64,000 nucleotides of DNA from Dehalococcoidia bacterium (GTDB lineage Bacteria > Chloroflexota > Dehalococcoidia > SM23-28-2 > RBG-16-64-32), in NCBI GenBank assembly GCA_963665775.2, contig CAXXTF010000001.1:448001-512000 (forward strand), in the 5' to 3' direction. The notes under the pieces are model-generated. The model made no database searches, was not told the origin of the DNA, and saw nothing but the letters and a program-made list of their open reading frames with translations. A program made the position numbers and the translations under genes. Numbering within the stretch: the stretch's first letter is position 1; each line of letters opens with the position of its first letter. Shown here in pieces: positions 40,305 through 52,114 of the stretch.

Positions 40305-41054
40305 TCAGAGAGCGGCGGGAGCCGCCGACGCGGCCAGGATAGCCTCGGCTAGCGTCAGGTCCTCTGGGGTGGTTATCTTCAGGTTGAGGCGGGAGCCCGG
40401 GAATATCCGGACAGGCAGGCCCAACGCCTCCAGCATGGCGGCATCGTCGGTGGCGTCCGCTGTGACCTCCTGGTGGGCGCGCAGGAGGAGGTCGTAGCGG
40501 AAGATCTGGGGGGTTTGGACGGCCCATAATCGGCTGCGGTCCAGGGTGCGGAGAACCATGGCGTCTGGTCCGGCCTCCTTCACTGTGTCGGCCAGGGGTA
40601 GGGCCGGGACGGCGGCGCCGGTATCGCCGGCGGCTTCCAGTCCCCGCAGGATGAGATCGGGCGTAATCAAGGGGCGGGCGCCGTCGTGGACGGCCACCCA
40701 CTGGCAGGGCCCAAGCGCCTCCACGCCCAGGCGAACGGAGTCCTGCCGGCGGGGCCCGCCGCCGCAGACCCGCCGCACCTTGTCAAAGCCGTGCTCCTGC
40801 ACGAAGCGCCGCCCTCGCTCGAGCTTCCTTGCCGGGAGAACCAGCACCATGCGCTGCACGGCGTCGCATTCCTGGAAAGCGGCCAGGGCGTGGGCCAGGA
40901 CTGGGCGCCCTCCCAGGGGGACGAATAGCTTATCGAGGGCCTGCCCCGAGCCGGCCTGCCCTAAGCCAAGCCGATCGGTCGAAGGGCGGCCCATGCGGCT
41001 GCCGCTGCCGGCGGCGACGATCACGGCTCCCAGGGAGGCTGCAGACTCAGGCAT
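40305..41054 (-). CDS. ispD: 2-C-methyl-D-erythritol 4-phosphate cytidylyltransferase (with a repeat-derived N-terminal insertion)
   Basis: AAGSGSRM, RQDSV, HDGARP, QTPQ, TDDA, KITTPED. Confidence 0.95.
   Translation of the reverse strand: MPESAASLGAVIVAAGSGSRMGRPSTDRLGLGQAGSGQALDKLFVPLGGRPVLAHALAAFQECDAVQRMVLVLPARKLERGRRFVQEHGFDKVRRVCGGGPRRQDSVRLGVEALGPCQWVAVHDGARPLITPDLILRGLEAAGDTGAAVPALPLADTVKEAGPDAMVLRTLDRSRLWAVQTPQIFRYDLLLRAHQEVTADATDDAAMLEALGLPVRIFPGSRLNLKITTPEDLTLAEAILAASAAPAAL
40937..40986. repeat. REP-like element inside ispD
   Basis: GGGCCTGCCCCGAGCC-GGCCTGCCCTAAGCC-...-GTCGAAGGG, related to the copy in rpoC. Confidence 0.7.
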
Positions 41055-41063
41055 GGCAGTCGT

Positions 41064-42116
41064 TCAGGCTCCCTTGGGCTGGGCGAAGATCATGCGGCCG
41101 GCGACGGTCTGGAGGACGCGGGTGACGGTGACGTCCAGCTGCTCGTTCAGGTGGCTGTGGCCCCCATTCACCACGACCATGGTGCCGTCGTCCAGGAAGC
41201 CGACGCCCTGGCCCATCTCTTTGCCTTCCTGGATAATGTGCACGGCCATCTCCTCGCCGGGAAGGATGATCGCTTTGACGGCGTTAGTGAGGCTGTTCAC
41301 GTTGAGGACCTGGACGTTCTCCAGCTCGGCGATGCGGTTCAGGTTGAAGTCGTTGGTTAGGAGAGGGGCGCCCAGCTTGTTACACAGGCGGACAAGTTTA
41401 GCGTCCACGTCCTGCGCGTCCGGGAAGTCGTCATCGGCGATGCGGATCGGCAGAGGCTCCTCCTTTCGCAGGCGAGAGAGAAGCTCAAGGCCGCGGCGGC
41501 CGCGGTTCCGACGGAGGTCGTCCGGCGAGTCGGCAACGTAGCGCAGCTCGTCCAGGACGAAGCGAGGGATGACAAGGCTGCCCTGGAGGAAGCCGGTGGC
41601 GGCGATATCGGCCATTCGGCCATCGATGATAGCGCTCGTATCGATGACGATCTCGCGGGAGGCAGTGTTCATCTGACCCGCGCTGGGCGCATAGCGCCCC
41701 AGGAAGACGGCGAACTCTTCCTCGCGGCCGACCATGATGGCGACGCCCACGATGCCCAGGATAAAGCTGACGACGAAGGGGGCGATGAGGCCGCCTATAC
41801 CGGGTAGGGTTAGCAGGGCGGGCGAGAGCAAAGCGCCGACAAGAAGGCCCGCGAGCAGACCGGCGGTTCCCAGGATCAGTTGAGCGGGCTGGATCTCCCG
41901 TGCCCACTCCTGGAGCCTTCCCAGCAGCGGCAAGAGAATCAGGGGTGTGGCAAGAGCACCGAAGAGGGTGAACCCCACAGGCGTAACTGTCCAGAAAAGG
42001 ATGCGTACCAGCCCCTCGTCTCCTTCGGCCAGGGCGTTGCCAGTGCGCCATCCCAGGAATCCAAAGAAGATAGCCCCAATGACGCGGGTGATGAGGGTCA
42101 GATCGCGCCTGATCAC
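41064..42116 (-). CDS. PIN/TRAM domain membrane protein (YacL-like)
   Basis: DTSAIIDGR, RGRRGL, TNDFNLN, QGVGFLDDGTMVVV, GRMIFA. Confidence 0.93.
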   Translation of the reverse strand: MIRRDLTLITRVIGAIFFGFLGWRTGNALAEGDEGLVRILFWTVTPVGFTLFGALATPLILLPLLGRLQEWAREIQPAQLILGTAGLLAGLLVGALLSPALLTLPGIGGLIAPFVVSFILGIVGVAIMVGREEEFAVFLGRYAPSAGQMNTASREIVIDTSAIIDGRMADIAATGFLQGSLVIPRFVLDELRYVADSPDDLRRNRGRRGLELLSRLRKEEPLPIRIADDDFPDAQDVDAKLVRLCNKLGAPLLTNDFNLNRIAELENVQVLNVNSLTNAVKAIILPGEEMAVHIIQEGKEMGQGVGFLDDGTMVVVNGGHSHLNEQLDVTVTRVLQTVAGRMIFAQPKGA

Positions 42117-42338
42117 GAGATGGTGATTCCTCTCCGCTGCCAGATTAGATTAAATGAGGGACGTGTCCAGGGCGACACCTCCCTCTGGCCGCGACCGCTG
42201 GCGGCGTGACTGTAGCCTGGCCGCAGTATAGCAGCGGCCTATTCGGCTGTCAAAGTTATCATTTCTTTCTTTCCGAGAGGCGGGTGACCTACTTGGCTGG
42301 CGGTTTCACCCGCGCTAAGGTGGCGGTGGAGGTGTCTC

Positions 42339-43565
42339 ATGGCCGCGAAGCAGACGTACGTCATCGTGGGGGCGAACCTGTGTGGGGGCAGGGCGGCGGA
42401 GACGCTGCGTAAGGAGGGGTTCGACGGCCGCCTGCTGCTCATCGGGGCGGAACCGGACCGTCCCTACGAACGACCGCCGCTGTCCAAGGAGTATCTGCAG
42501 CGAAAGGTTGAGCGGGAAAGCATCTTCCTGCGGCCGCCCGAGTTCTACGACGAGCAAGAGATCGAGATGCGGTTGGGTGTGCGGGCCACCGGCATCGACG
42601 TGCGCGAGCGGTCGCTCGAGTTGGAGGGCGGCGAACGGCTGGGATTCGATAAGCTGCTGATCGCTACCGGGGGCCGGGTGCGCCGCCTCCCGGTGGCCGG
42701 CGTGGAGCTGCAGGGAGTCTATTACCTGCGTACGATTGAGGAGAGCGAGGCCATCGCCGCTCAACTGGCGGCGGGAGGGCGAGTGGTGGTGATAGGGGCG
42801 GGGTTCATCGGCGCGGAGGTGGCGGCCTCGGCCCGGGTGAGCGGCCTGGAGGTGACGATGCTGGAGGTGGCGGCCGTGCCTCTGGGGCGGGCCCTGGGGC
42901 CGGAGATGGGCGGCATCTACGCGGAGATCCACCGGGAGCAGGGGATAGACCTTCGCCTGGGCACCGGCATCGATCGGCTGGAGGGCACCGGACGGGTGAA
43001 GCGGGTGGTGATCTCGCGGGGCGACTCGATCGATTGCGATCTGGTCGTCGTCGGTGTGGGGATGGAGCCGGAGATAGGTCTGGCGGTGGGGGCGGGGATT
43101 GAGACGGGGAACGGGATCATCGTCGACGAGTACTGCCGGACCAGCGTGGAAGGCATCTTCGCCGCTGGGGACGTGGCCAGCTTTCCCAACCCGATCCTGG
43201 GGGAACGGATGCGGGTGGAGCACTGGGCCAACGCCCAGAATCAGGGTGTGGCGGCGGCCAAGGCGATGCTAGGGATGGCCGAGCCTTACGCGGAAGTGCC
43301 CTGGTTCTGGTCCGATCAGTATGATCTGAACATGCAGTATGTGGGTCATGCCAGCGCCTGGGACGAGGTGGTGCTACGGGGCGATGTGGCGGGCCGCCGG
43401 TTCACGGCGTTCTATCTGAAGGACGGCCGCCTGCGGGCCGCGATGGCGCTGAACCGGCCGCGGGACATATCGGCCAGCCGCGCCCTGATCCGGACGGCGA
43501 CGCCGGTCACCGCCCAGCAGCTTCGGGATGAGGACGTGGTGCTGCGGGCCCTGTTGCCGGCCTGA
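42339..43565 (+). CDS. FAD-dependent NAD(P)H-ferredoxin reductase-type oxidoreductase
   Basis: PYERPPLSK, IGAGFIG-x-E, FAAGD, RVEHW, PWFWSDQYD. Confidence 0.9.
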   Translation: MAAKQTYVIVGANLCGGRAAETLRKEGFDGRLLLIGAEPDRPYERPPLSKEYLQRKVERESIFLRPPEFYDEQEIEMRLGVRATGIDVRERSLELEGGERLGFDKLLIATGGRVRRLPVAGVELQGVYYLRTIEESEAIAAQLAAGGRVVVIGAGFIGAEVAASARVSGLEVTMLEVAAVPLGRALGPEMGGIYAEIHREQGIDLRLGTGIDRLEGTGRVKRVVISRGDSIDCDLVVVGVGMEPEIGLAVGAGIETGNGIIVDEYCRTSVEGIFAAGDVASFPNPILGERMRVEHWANAQNQGVAAAKAMLGMAEPYAEVPWFWSDQYDLNMQYVGHASAWDEVVLRGDVAGRRFTAFYLKDGRLRAAMALNRPRDISASRALIRTATPVTAQQLRDEDVVLRALLPA

Positions 43566-43576
43566 AGCTTACGACG

Positions 43577-43611
43577 AAACGAAAGGCCATCGCGCTTGGT
43601 CCTCTTCGTTT
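43577..43611. terminator. Hairpin between convergent genes (possible bidirectional terminator)
   Basis: AAACGAA-AGGCCA...TGGTCCT-C-TTCGTTT imperfect stem. Confidence 0.4.
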
Positions 43612-43617
43612 GCCGGT

Positions 43618-46600
43618 CTACTTCTCGCTGAGCTCTTCCAGCGGCTCTTTCTCTTCCCCGTCCGATATCTCCATCTCCAGATCGAGGCTGTCTGCGTCCA
43701 CCGGCTGGATAAGCTTTCTTAGGATGGAACCCTCAAGCCGCTCGTCGGCCAGGGTAAGGGGCAGGGCGATCCTGGCGGGCTTGGGCAGCGCCTCCACGGT
43801 GATGGGTACGCGGGCCGGGATGAGCTTGCCAATGATGACGTTCTCCTTAAGGCCAAGGAGGTGGTCAACGGCGCCGCTGATGGCGGCCTCGGTGAGGACG
43901 CGTGTCGTCTCCTGGAAGGAGGCGGCGGCCAGGAAGCTATCTGTGTTCAGGGAGGCCTTAGTAACGCCCAGGAGGATGGGCTGGGCGGTGGCCGGTTCGC
44001 CACCCTCGGCCAGGACCTTAGCGTTCTCCGCCTCGAAGCGGAAGCGGTCCACCAGCTCGCTGGGCAACATGTCGGCGTCGCCGGGCGAGTCGATGCGGAC
44101 TCGGTGCAACATCTGGCGCACGATCACCTCGATGTGCTTATCGTTGATGGTCACTCCCTGGGACCGGTAGACCTTCTGGACCTCCTCCACAAGGTATATC
44201 TGCACGGCCTCTGGGCCCTGGATGCGGAGGATGTCCTGCGGGTTGAGGGGGCCTTCCGTCAGGGCCTGTCCGGCGTGGATAGAGTCGCCGTCCTGGACGC
44301 GGAGGCGGGCGGTGGCCGATATCAGATACTCCCGCTCATCGCGTTCCTCGAAGAGGATGGATAGGTGTCTGCTCTTGTCGATGGAGACATGACCGGCGGT
44401 GCGGGCGAGGACGTCGCCAGCGGGGACCAGGGCCTGCCCTGAGCCCGTCGAAGGGGCCTGCCCGGACTCCTCTTGCTCTGGAGGCTTGGGCAGACGAGCG
44501 ATAACGGCGCCCTGTGCCACCTCCTGCTTACTCCTGACCAGGAGTTTGGTACCCTCCGGCAGAGGGTACTCGTCGCGGTAGGTCTCGACGCTGGTGATCT
44601 TGATGCGTCGGGCATCCCTGTCTTGCTGGATCTCGATAGAGCCGTCGATCTCGGAGATAAGGGCTGTGCCCTTAGGGACGCGGGCTTCGAAGAGCTCCTC
44701 GACGCGGGGGAGGCCGGAGGTGATGTCGAAACCGGCGACGCCGCCGGTGTGGAAGGTGCGCATCGTGAGCTGAGTGCCGGGCTCACCGATGCTTTGGGCG
44801 GCGATGATGCCGACGGCCTCGTCCTGATTGACCAGCCTGCCGCGGGACAGATCCCGGCCGTAGCAGGGGGCGCAAAGGCCGCGTGTGGTCTGGCAGGTCA
44901 GGGGCGAGCGGGTGTAAACGCGGTCTATGCCGGCCTGGACGATGCGATCAGCGGTGTCTTCGTCGATCTCATTGCCGCGCTCGATGATGATCTCCCCGGT
45001 TTTGGGGTCAGCCACATCGGCCGCTGTCCAGCGGCCGAAGATGCGCTCGCTGAGGGACTCGAAGAGGCCCTTCTCCAACGGCTCCCCGATCCAGATGCCG
45101 GCGGTCGTGCCGCAGTCGTCCTCGGAGATGATCACGTCCTGAGAGACATCGATGAGGCGGCGGGTGAGGTAGCCGCTATCGGCGGTGCGCAGGGCGGTGT
45201 CGGCCAGCCCCTTGCGGGCACCGTGGGTGGAGATGAAGTACTCCAGCATCGTGAGCCCCTCGCGGAAAGAAGAACGGATGGGGAGCTCGATAATGCGGCC
45301 GGAGGGGTCACTCATGAGGCCCCGCATTCCGGCCATCTGGGAGATCTGGCTGATGTTGCCCTTGGCACCGCTGACGGCCATGAGGTACACACCACCGTAT
45401 TCGCCGATTCGATCCTGGATGACGTTCTGGACGCGGTCTGTGGTCTCCCGCCAGATGGCCACCGCCTGGTCGTACCGCTCCTCGTCGGTGATGAGCCCCA
45501 GGTTGTATTGCTCATCGATCTCGGCGATGTGAGCATCGGCCTCAGCCAGGAGCTTCTCCTTCTCAGCGGGGACTTTGAGGTCGTTCATGGCGATGGAGAT
45601 GCCGGACTTGGTGGCGTACTGGAAGCCCAAATCCTTCATGTGATCGACCACATCGGCGGTGTGGACGCCGTCCAGCCGATGGCTACACTCGGCCACGAGC
45701 TCCTTCACCGCCTTCTTGTCCATGAGGTGGTTGCGGAAGCCGAGTTCTTCAGGGAGGATCTCGTTGAAGATGATACGGCCGGCGGTAGTTTCGATCAGCT
45801 CGCCGTCAGTCCTGGCATCGCGGACGCGAATGAGGGCCCGCAGGTCTAGGTAGCCAGAGGCGTGAGCCAGCTTCGCCTCGTCGAAGCTGCTGTAGATGCC
45901 GCGGGCCGGGGGGCCAGCCTGGAACGTGCCCCTGGCCTTGGCCTTCACGTCTGTCAGGTAGTAACAGCCCAGGACGATGTCCAGAGTCGGCGCCACGGCG
46001 GGCTCGCCGTTGGAGGGGAGCAGCAGGTTCTGACTGGAGAGCATGACCTGCCGCGCCTCGGCGACGGCGGCGCGGGAGAGAGGCACGTGGACGGCCATCT
46101 GGTCGCCGTCGAAGTCGGCATTGAAGGCGGTGCAGACCAGGGGGTGGATCTGGATGGCGCTGCCGTCGATGAGGACGGGTTCAAAGGCCTGAATGCCGAG
46201 ACGGTGGAGGGTGGGGGCGCGATTCAGGAGGACCGGACGCTGCTTGATAATCTCGTCCAGAATGTCCCAGACCTCAGGGCGGGCGCGCTCTACGATGCGC
46301 TTGGCGGACTTGATGTTGAGAGCCAGGCCGCGGGCCACGAGCCCATGCATGACGAACGGCTTGAACAGCTCCAGGGCCATCCGCTTGGGCACGCCGCACT
46401 GGTTGAGCTTGAGGTCCGGGCCAACGACGATAACGGAGCGGCCGGAGTAGTCCACCCGCTTGCCTAGAAGGTTCTGACGGAAGCGGCCTTGCTTCCCCTT
46501 CAGCATGTCCGAAAGGGACTTGAGCTTATGGTTCCCGGCCGTGGATACAGCGCGACCGCGACGACCGTTATCTATGAGGCTGTCCACGGCCTCCTGTAGC

Positions 46601-48012
46601 ATGCGCTTCTCGTTGCGGATGATGATCTCGGGGGCGCCAAGCTCAAGGAGCCGCTTTAGGCGGTTGTTGCGGTTGATTACACGCCTGTAGAGGTCGTTCA
46701 AGTCGCTCGTGGCGAAGCGGCCGCCATCGAGTTGGACCATGGGGCGGAGGTCTGGAGGGAGCACGGGCAGAATGGTAAGAATCATCCAATCCGGCCTGTT
46801 GCCGCTCCTGCGGAGCGCCTCCACAACGCGCAGGCGCTTGGTGGCCTTCTTGCGGCGCTGGCCGCTAAAGTTCTGGATCTCGGTGCGCAGCTTCACGGCC
46901 AGCTGGTTCAAATCCACGCGGCCAAGGATACCCAGGAAGGACTCCGCGCCCATGCCTACCTCGATGAGGCCTGGGTGATTAGAGTTGATCTCCCGGACCG
47001 TATGCTCTGCCAGGAGGGAGCACTGGTCATCCCGGATGGGGTCCTTCAGCTCCTTCAGCTCGTGGATCCGCCGCTTGTACTCCTCCTGGGCAGTCTCCCG
47101 CTTCTCGCCGCTCTGCTTGCGCAGGGGCTCCATCTCGGTGAAGGCGGCTTCCCGAAGGCGGGAGATCTCCGCCTCCATCTCGGCCTCGGCCGCCTGACGC
47201 TCCTCGCTGCGGCGCGCCTCCATGGCGGCTGAGCGGCGTTTTACCTCGGCCTGCAGCCGCTGCAGAGCCCTGGCTGGCAACGTCTCCCCCTTTGTGGCCA
47301 GGACGAACTCGTCATCCAGAGCCAGCTTCTTGGAGGCGGGCTTCTTTTCGGTCTTGGCCAGGTCGGCCTCCAGGGATGTGGCCTTTTTGCTCAGCGACTC
47401 GATCTCTTTGTCCAGGCGGGCGTCGACGGTGGCCAGGCGGCTAGCGCGCTGCTCCTCTACCTTGGCCACGGCCTCGCTCGTAGCCTCCTCGATGGCAGCG
47501 ATGCGCTGGACTTCCCCCGCCTCTTGCTCATCGGCGGAGCGGTCCATCTCCTGGCGTAGCTCCTCCAGAGCGGATTGGCGGGTCTCCTCGTTCACACTGG
47601 TGACGATGAACTGGGCGAAGTAGAGGACCCGCTCCAGGCTGCGGGGCGAGATGTCCAGAAGGAGACCGATGCGGCTGGGGGTGCCCTTGACAAACCAGAT
47701 GTGGGCGACCGGAGAGGCAAGCTCTATATGGCCCATGCGCTCGCGGCGGACCTTGGAGCGGGTCACTTCCACGCCGCACTTATCGCAGACGATCCCCCTG
47801 TAGCGCACTCGTTTGTACTTGCCGCAGTAGCATTCGAAGTCCTTGGTGGGGCCGAACAGCTTTTCGCAGAAGAGGCCATCCTTCTCCGGTTTCAGGGTGC
47901 GGTAGTTGATCGTCTCCGGCTTGGCGACCTCGCCGTACGACCAGGAGCGGATCTGCCCCGGGGAAGCCAGCGCTATGCGGATCGCGTTGAAGTTGTTAAC
48001 TTCGAGGGCCAA
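43618..48012 (-). CDS. rpoC: RNA polymerase beta' subunit
   Basis: KPETINYRT, Zn-finger Cys residues, [20 protein letters not shown]. Confidence 0.98.
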   Translation of the reverse strand: MALEVNNFNAIRIALASPGQIRSWSYGEVAKPETINYRTLKPEKDGLFCEKLFGPTKDFECYCGKYKRVRYRGIVCDKCGVEVTRSKVRRERMGHIELASPVAHIWFVKGTPSRIGLLLDISPRSLERVLYFAQFIVTSVNEETRQSALEELRQEMDRSADEQEAGEVQRIAAIEEATSEAVAKVEEQRASRLATVDARLDKEIESLSKKATSLEADLAKTEKKPASKKLALDDEFVLATKGETLPARALQRLQAEVKRRSAAMEARRSEERQAAEAEMEAEISRLREAAFTEMEPLRKQSGEKRETAQEEYKRRIHELKELKDPIRDDQCSLLAEHTVREINSNHPGLIEVGMGAESFLGILGRVDLNQLAVKLRTEIQNFSGQRRKKATKRLRVVEALRRSGNRPDWMILTILPVLPPDLRPMVQLDGGRFATSDLNDLYRRVINRNNRLKRLLELGAPEIIIRNEKRMLQEAVDSLIDNGRRGRAVSTAGNHKLKSLSDMLKGKQGRFRQNLLGKRVDYSGRSVIVVGPDLKLNQCGVPKRMALELFKPFVMHGLVARGLALNIKSAKRIVERARPEVWDILDEIIKQRPVLLNRAPTLHRLGIQAFEPVLIDGSAIQIHPLVCTAFNADFDGDQMAVHVPLSRAAVAEARQVMLSSQNLLLPSNGEPAVAPTLDIVLGCYYLTDVKAKARGTFQAGPPARGIYSSFDEAKLAHASGYLDLRALIRVRDARTDGELIETTAGRIIFNEILPEELGFRNHLMDKKAVKELVAECSHRLDGVHTADVVDHMKDLGFQYATKSGISIAMNDLKVPAEKEKLLAEADAHIAEIDEQYNLGLITDEERYDQAVAIWRETTDRVQNVIQDRIGEYGGVYLMAVSGAKGNISQISQMAGMRGLMSDPSGRIIELPIRSSFREGLTMLEYFISTHGARKGLADTALRTADSGYLTRRLIDVSQDVIISEDDCGTTAGIWIGEPLEKGLFESLSERIFGRWTAADVADPKTGEIIIERGNEIDEDTADRIVQAGIDRVYTRSPLTCQTTRGLCAPCYGRDLSRGRLVNQDEAVGIIAAQSIGEPGTQLTMRTFHTGGVAGFDITSGLPRVEELFEARVPKGTALISEIDGSIEIQQDRDARRIKITSVETYRDEYPLPEGTKLLVRSKQEVAQGAVIARLPKPPEQEESGQAPSTGSGQALVPAGDVLARTAGHVSIDKSRHLSILFEERDEREYLISATARLRVQDGDSIHAGQALTEGPLNPQDILRIQGPEAVQIYLVEEVQKVYRSQGVTINDKHIEVIVRQMLHRVRIDSPGDADMLPSELVDRFRFEAENAKVLAEGGEPATAQPILLGVTKASLNTDSFLAAASFQETTRVLTEAAISGAVDHLLGLKENVIIGKLIPARVPITVEALPKPARIALPLTLADERLEGSILRKLIQPVDADSLDLEMEISDGEEKEPLEELSEK
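44430..44463. repeat. REP-like 24-nt unit inside rpoC, bounded by a 10-bp direct repeat
   Basis: GGGCCTGCCC-TGAGCCCGTCGAAG-GGGCCTGCCC, encoding [12 protein letters not shown]. Confidence 0.75.
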
Positions 48013-51000
48013 GGATATCTTCTCCCTTCTCGAACCGGCTAAGGTCGATGCCTAGCTCCGGCAGCTCCTGGGTGGAGGTCTCCACCAGGGCCACTCGCTC
48101 TTCATCATCGTTCAGAACCTCTACGGCCAGGCCCAGGCTCTGCAGCTCCTTGACGAGGACCTTGAAGGACTCCGGCACGCCGGGCTCCATGATGTCCTCT
48201 CCCTTCACAATCGCCTCGTAGGTCTTAACCCGGCCCACTACGTCGTCGGACTTTACGGTGAGGAGTTCCTGAAGGATATGCGCGACTCCGTACGCTTCCA
48301 GGGCCCAGACCTCCATCTCCCCAAATCGCTGACCGCCAAACTGGGCCTTGCCGCCCAGGGGTTGCTGAGTGATCAGGGAGTAGGGGCCGGTGGAGCGGGC
48401 GTGGATCTTGTCCTCGACCAGGTGAACCAGCTTCATCATATAGATGTAGCCGATCGTGATGGCCTGGTCGAAAGCCTCGCCCGTCCGACCGTCGTACAGC
48501 ACGTGCTTACCGTAGACAGGGGACGGGGTGCCCCGCTCGACGAGGAGCCGATCTGCCCGCGCGTTCAGATCCTTGGGGGACTTGCCCCGGACACTCTTGA
48601 GGCCCTGCTGCTCCAGCCATAGCTCCATGGCGACGCGGGTCGCTTCGCCTACCTGCTCATCGGCAAATACCGGTTCAGGGTCGTAATGGTGTTTGTGCAG
48701 CCAGGCGTAGACTTTCTCCACGTTTACGTTCTCACCGATGCTGTTGCCGCCAGCACCGTTGCCGTTGCTGGAGCCGGGGAATATGGCGTCCGCCTGCTCG
48801 CAGATCCAGGTGCGGCAGAGGGCATCCTCGATAGTCCTGGGGTTACCGCCATCGAAGACAGGGGATATGGCGCGGAAGCCCAGGCGGCGGGCGGCCCAGC
48901 CCAGGTGGGTCTCCAGCACTTGGCCGATGTTCATGCGGCTGGGGACGCCGATAGGGTTGAGGATGATGTCCACCGGCGTGCCATCGGCCAGGTGCGGCAT
49001 GTCCTCCACGGAAAGAATGCGGGCGATCACGCCCTTGTTGCCGTGGCGCCCGGCCATCTTGTCGCCCTCGGACACCTTGCGCCGCTGGGCGATGACGATG
49101 CGGACCAGGGCCTGTGCCCCAGGAGCCAGATCATCGGTGATCTGGGCGTAGGAGGGCCAGCGACACTGGTGGCTGGGGTGGCCGTGGGATGGGCGCCCCG
49201 CTTCGCTGTCCGGCCGGGCGAAGAAGCGGGAGTCTATGACCTTGCCGCGCTCGCCGTGGGGTACGCGCAGGGAGGTATCCTTAACCTCACGGGCCTTCTC
49301 GCCGAAGATCGCGCGGATGAGCTTCTCCTCTGCCGTAAGCTCCGTCTCACCTTTCGGTGTGATCTTGCCCACCAGGATGTCGCCGGCCCGGACCTCGGCG
49401 CCGACGCGAATAATGCCGAACTCATCGAGGTCCAGCAGGTTCTCCTCACCCACGTTTGGGATGTCTCGGGTGATCTCCTCGGGGCCGAGCTTGGTATCGC
49501 GGGCCTCCACTTCATGCTTCTCCACATGAATGGAGGTGAACTTGTCGTCCCGGACTACGGACTCGGAAACGATGATGGCATCCTCGAAGTTGTAGCCTTC
49601 CCAGCTCATGAAGGCGCAGAGAAGAGTTTGGCCCAGAGCCAGCTCACCGGAGTCTGTGGACGAGCTGTCGGCCAGGGTCTGGCCGGCCGAGACCCGCTCG
49701 TGGTGGCGGATAATGGCGCGCTGGTTGATACACGTGCCCTGGTTGGAGCGGACGAACTTCTGAAGCGGGTAGGTACGTTTGGAGCCGTCATCGTAAGCGA
49801 CGGTGATGGCATCGCCGGTCACGGCAGTGATGACACCTTCCCCAGAGGCCGTTATGACCTGGCCGGAGTCCTTGGCCGTCTGCTCCTCCATGCCGGTGCC
49901 AACCAGGGGAACCTCGGGCCGGATAAGGGGTACGGCCTGGCGCTGCATGTTGGCGCCCATAAGCGCCCGGTTGGCGTCGTCGTGCTCCAAGAAGGGTATG
50001 AGGGAGGCGGCTACCGAGACGATCTGCTTGGGCGAGAGGTCCACGTAATCCACCTGCTCCGGCACGGCGGTCGTGAATTGGCCGCCGGAGCGGGCCTCTA
50101 GGTGTTCGGTCAGGAAGTGACCCGTCGCGTCGATAGGGGAGTTGGCCGCAGCGATGACGTATTTCTCCTCCTCGTCCGCCGAGAAGTAGATGACCTCACC
50201 GGACAGGAAAGGCCGGACCGGCACCGCTTCCACCTTGGCGGCCGTCAGTTTCTTGGCCAGGGCTGGCTTTACTTCTTCGCCGGCGCCGGCGATGGTCTTC
50301 CCTTTGGCATTGAGGACGTCCTGGCGTAGGGTGTGGCCGATGAGGTCCGGAGAGTCCGCGGGGAAATCTCGGGTGACCTTGCGATAGGGCGTCCCGATGA
50401 AGCCGTATTCGTTCACCCGGCCGAAGGTGGCCAGGCTGCCGATAAGGCCGATGTTGGGGCCTTCGGGCGTCTCAATAGGGCAGATGCGTCCGTAGTGGCT
50501 GAAGTGCACATCGCGCACGTCAAAACCGGCGCGGTCCCGGGAGAGGCCGCCCGGGCCCAGGGCGGAGAGGCGCCGCTTATGGGTGATCTCCGCCAGGGGG
50601 TTCGTCTGGTCCATGAACTGGGAGAGCTGGGAGCCGCCGAAGAACTCCTTGACAGACGCTACCACGGGACGGATGTTGATGAGCTGGCTGGGCGCCGTCT
50701 CGTGGGGGTCGGTAATAGTCATCCGCTCCCGGATGACCCGTTCCATGCGAAGGAGGCCGATGCGGAACTGGTTCTGAATGAGTTCGCCCGCGGTGCGGAC
50801 GCGACGGTTTCCCAGGTGGTCGATGTCGTCAGGCCGGCCGCTGCCGTTGTCGAGGCGAATGATCTCGCGGGCGATGGCGAACAAGTCTTCAGGAGTCAGC
50901 ACGCGATCCTGAACGGAGGCGGGCCGCTCCAGCCGCTTGTTGACCTTGTAGCGGCCCACCTTGCCCAGGTCGTAGCGACGGGGGTTGAAGAAGAGGGAGT

Positions 51001-51925
51001 TAACCAGGCCGCGGGCGTTCTCCACTGTGGGAGGGTCGCCGGGGCGGAGCCGGCGGTAGAACTCCAACAGGGCTTCCTCTTTGTTCTGGTGGGTGGGGTC
51101 TCGCTCCAGGGTGGCCTTGATGTAGTTGTGGTCGGGGTTGGTGTCCGTCTCCTCGAAGAGGGCGAGGATGCGATCGTTGCTGCCCAGCAGCTGGGCAAGC
51201 TGGTGGCGCAGGCGATCGGCCTCCCGCTCCGTCTTGGCGCCCTCGATCTTCTCCTGGATCTCGCGCATGGCGGCGGTGCTGGGGTGGTCCGGGAGAAGGT
51301 GGGGCTCATCGATGGCGCGCAGGAGGGTGGTGATGGGGATCTTGCGCTTTCGGTCCACCTTGACGGAGATGATGTCCTTGTTGGAGGTCTCGAACTCCAG
51401 CCAGGCGCCGCGGTTGGGGATGAGCTTGGCGTAACAGAGGTCGCGGCCGCTGGTGGCGTCTCGCTCCAACGTCAGGTAGACGCCGGGGGAGCGGACGAGT
51501 TGAGACACGACGACCCGCTCGGCGCCATTGATGATGAAGGTGCCGTGATCCGTCATGAGCGGGAAGTCGCCCATGAATATCTGCTGCTCCTTGATCTCGT
51601 CGGTCTCCTTGACGAGCAGCTGGACGTTGACGTGGAGGGGAGCGGCGTAGGTGGCGTCCCGCTCCCGGCACTCCTCCTGAGAGTACTTGGGTTCCCCAAA
51701 GCTGTAGTCGGTGAAGCGCATCTCCAGCCGGTTACCGGTGAAGTCCTGGATGGGGGAGATCTCCTGGAAGAGTGCCTGCAGCCCCTCGGCCTTGAACAGC
51801 TCGTATGAGTCTCTCTGGATGCGAACGAGGTTGGGCACCGCTATCGCGTCCGGGATACGGGAGTAGGACTTTATGACTTGGGGAACGCGAAACTTCTCAT
51901 AGACCAGGTCTCTGGGCACGACCAT
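47996..51925 (-). CDS. rpoB: RNA polymerase beta subunit
   Basis: [41 protein letters not shown]. Confidence 0.98.
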   Translation of the reverse strand: MVVPRDLVYEKFRVPQVIKSYSRIPDAIAVPNLVRIQRDSYELFKAEGLQALFQEISPIQDFTGNRLEMRFTDYSFGEPKYSQEECRERDATYAAPLHVNVQLLVKETDEIKEQQIFMGDFPLMTDHGTFIINGAERVVVSQLVRSPGVYLTLERDATSGRDLCYAKLIPNRGAWLEFETSNKDIISVKVDRKRKIPITTLLRAIDEPHLLPDHPSTAAMREIQEKIEGAKTEREADRLRHQLAQLLGSNDRILALFEETDTNPDHNYIKATLERDPTHQNKEEALLEFYRRLRPGDPPTVENARGLVNSLFFNPRRYDLGKVGRYKVNKRLERPASVQDRVLTPEDLFAIAREIIRLDNGSGRPDDIDHLGNRRVRTAGELIQNQFRIGLLRMERVIRERMTITDPHETAPSQLINIRPVVASVKEFFGGSQLSQFMDQTNPLAEITHKRRLSALGPGGLSRDRAGFDVRDVHFSHYGRICPIETPEGPNIGLIGSLATFGRVNEYGFIGTPYRKVTRDFPADSPDLIGHTLRQDVLNAKGKTIAGAGEEVKPALAKKLTAAKVEAVPVRPFLSGEVIYFSADEEEKYVIAAANSPIDATGHFLTEHLEARSGGQFTTAVPEQVDYVDLSPKQIVSVAASLIPFLEHDDANRALMGANMQRQAVPLIRPEVPLVGTGMEEQTAKDSGQVITASGEGVITAVTGDAITVAYDDGSKRTYPLQKFVRSNQGTCINQRAIIRHHERVSAGQTLADSSSTDSGELALGQTLLCAFMSWEGYNFEDAIIVSESVVRDDKFTSIHVEKHEVEARDTKLGPEEITRDIPNVGEENLLDLDEFGIIRVGAEVRAGDILVGKITPKGETELTAEEKLIRAIFGEKAREVKDTSLRVPHGERGKVIDSRFFARPDSEAGRPSHGHPSHQCRWPSYAQITDDLAPGAQALVRIVIAQRRKVSEGDKMAGRHGNKGVIARILSVEDMPHLADGTPVDIILNPIGVPSRMNIGQVLETHLGWAARRLGFRAISPVFDGGNPRTIEDALCRTWICEQADAIFPGSSNGNGAGGNSIGENVNVEKVYAWLHKHHYDPEPVFADEQVGEATRVAMELWLEQQGLKSVRGKSPKDLNARADRLLVERGTPSPVYGKHVLYDGRTGEAFDQAITIGYIYMMKLVHLVEDKIHARSTGPYSLITQQPLGGKAQFGGQRFGEMEVWALEAYGVAHILQELLTVKSDDVVGRVKTYEAIVKGEDIMEPGVPESFKVLVKELQSLGLAVEVLNDDEERVALVETSTQELPELGIDLSRFEKGEDILGPRS

Positions 51926-52051
51926 AGGTAACCTCTCCTCAAGGGGCTAGCCAGGAGGCATCTCTCGCTAAAGAAAAGCAAAGCCTATCGGCAAAAACAG
52001 TGAGATGGGGAAACAGATGATGGGGGATTCAGATCAACCATCCAGTCATTC

Positions 52052-52081
52052 AGCTTAGCATCTGCCAGCGGTATCTGTCAA
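52052..52081 (-). promoter_or_regulatory. sigma70-type promoter for rpoBC
   Basis: TTGACA-18 nt-TAAGCT with a TG extension. Confidence 0.55.
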
Positions 52082-52114
52082 CACTACCGGCGGTCGTCCC
52101 CAAGGTAGGCGCGG

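Noticed and set aside
43618-51925. Inteins or introns in rpoB/rpoC
   Set aside because: The insertions lack C/S...HN-C/S/T splice motifs and LAGLIDADG signatures, and the frames are continuous
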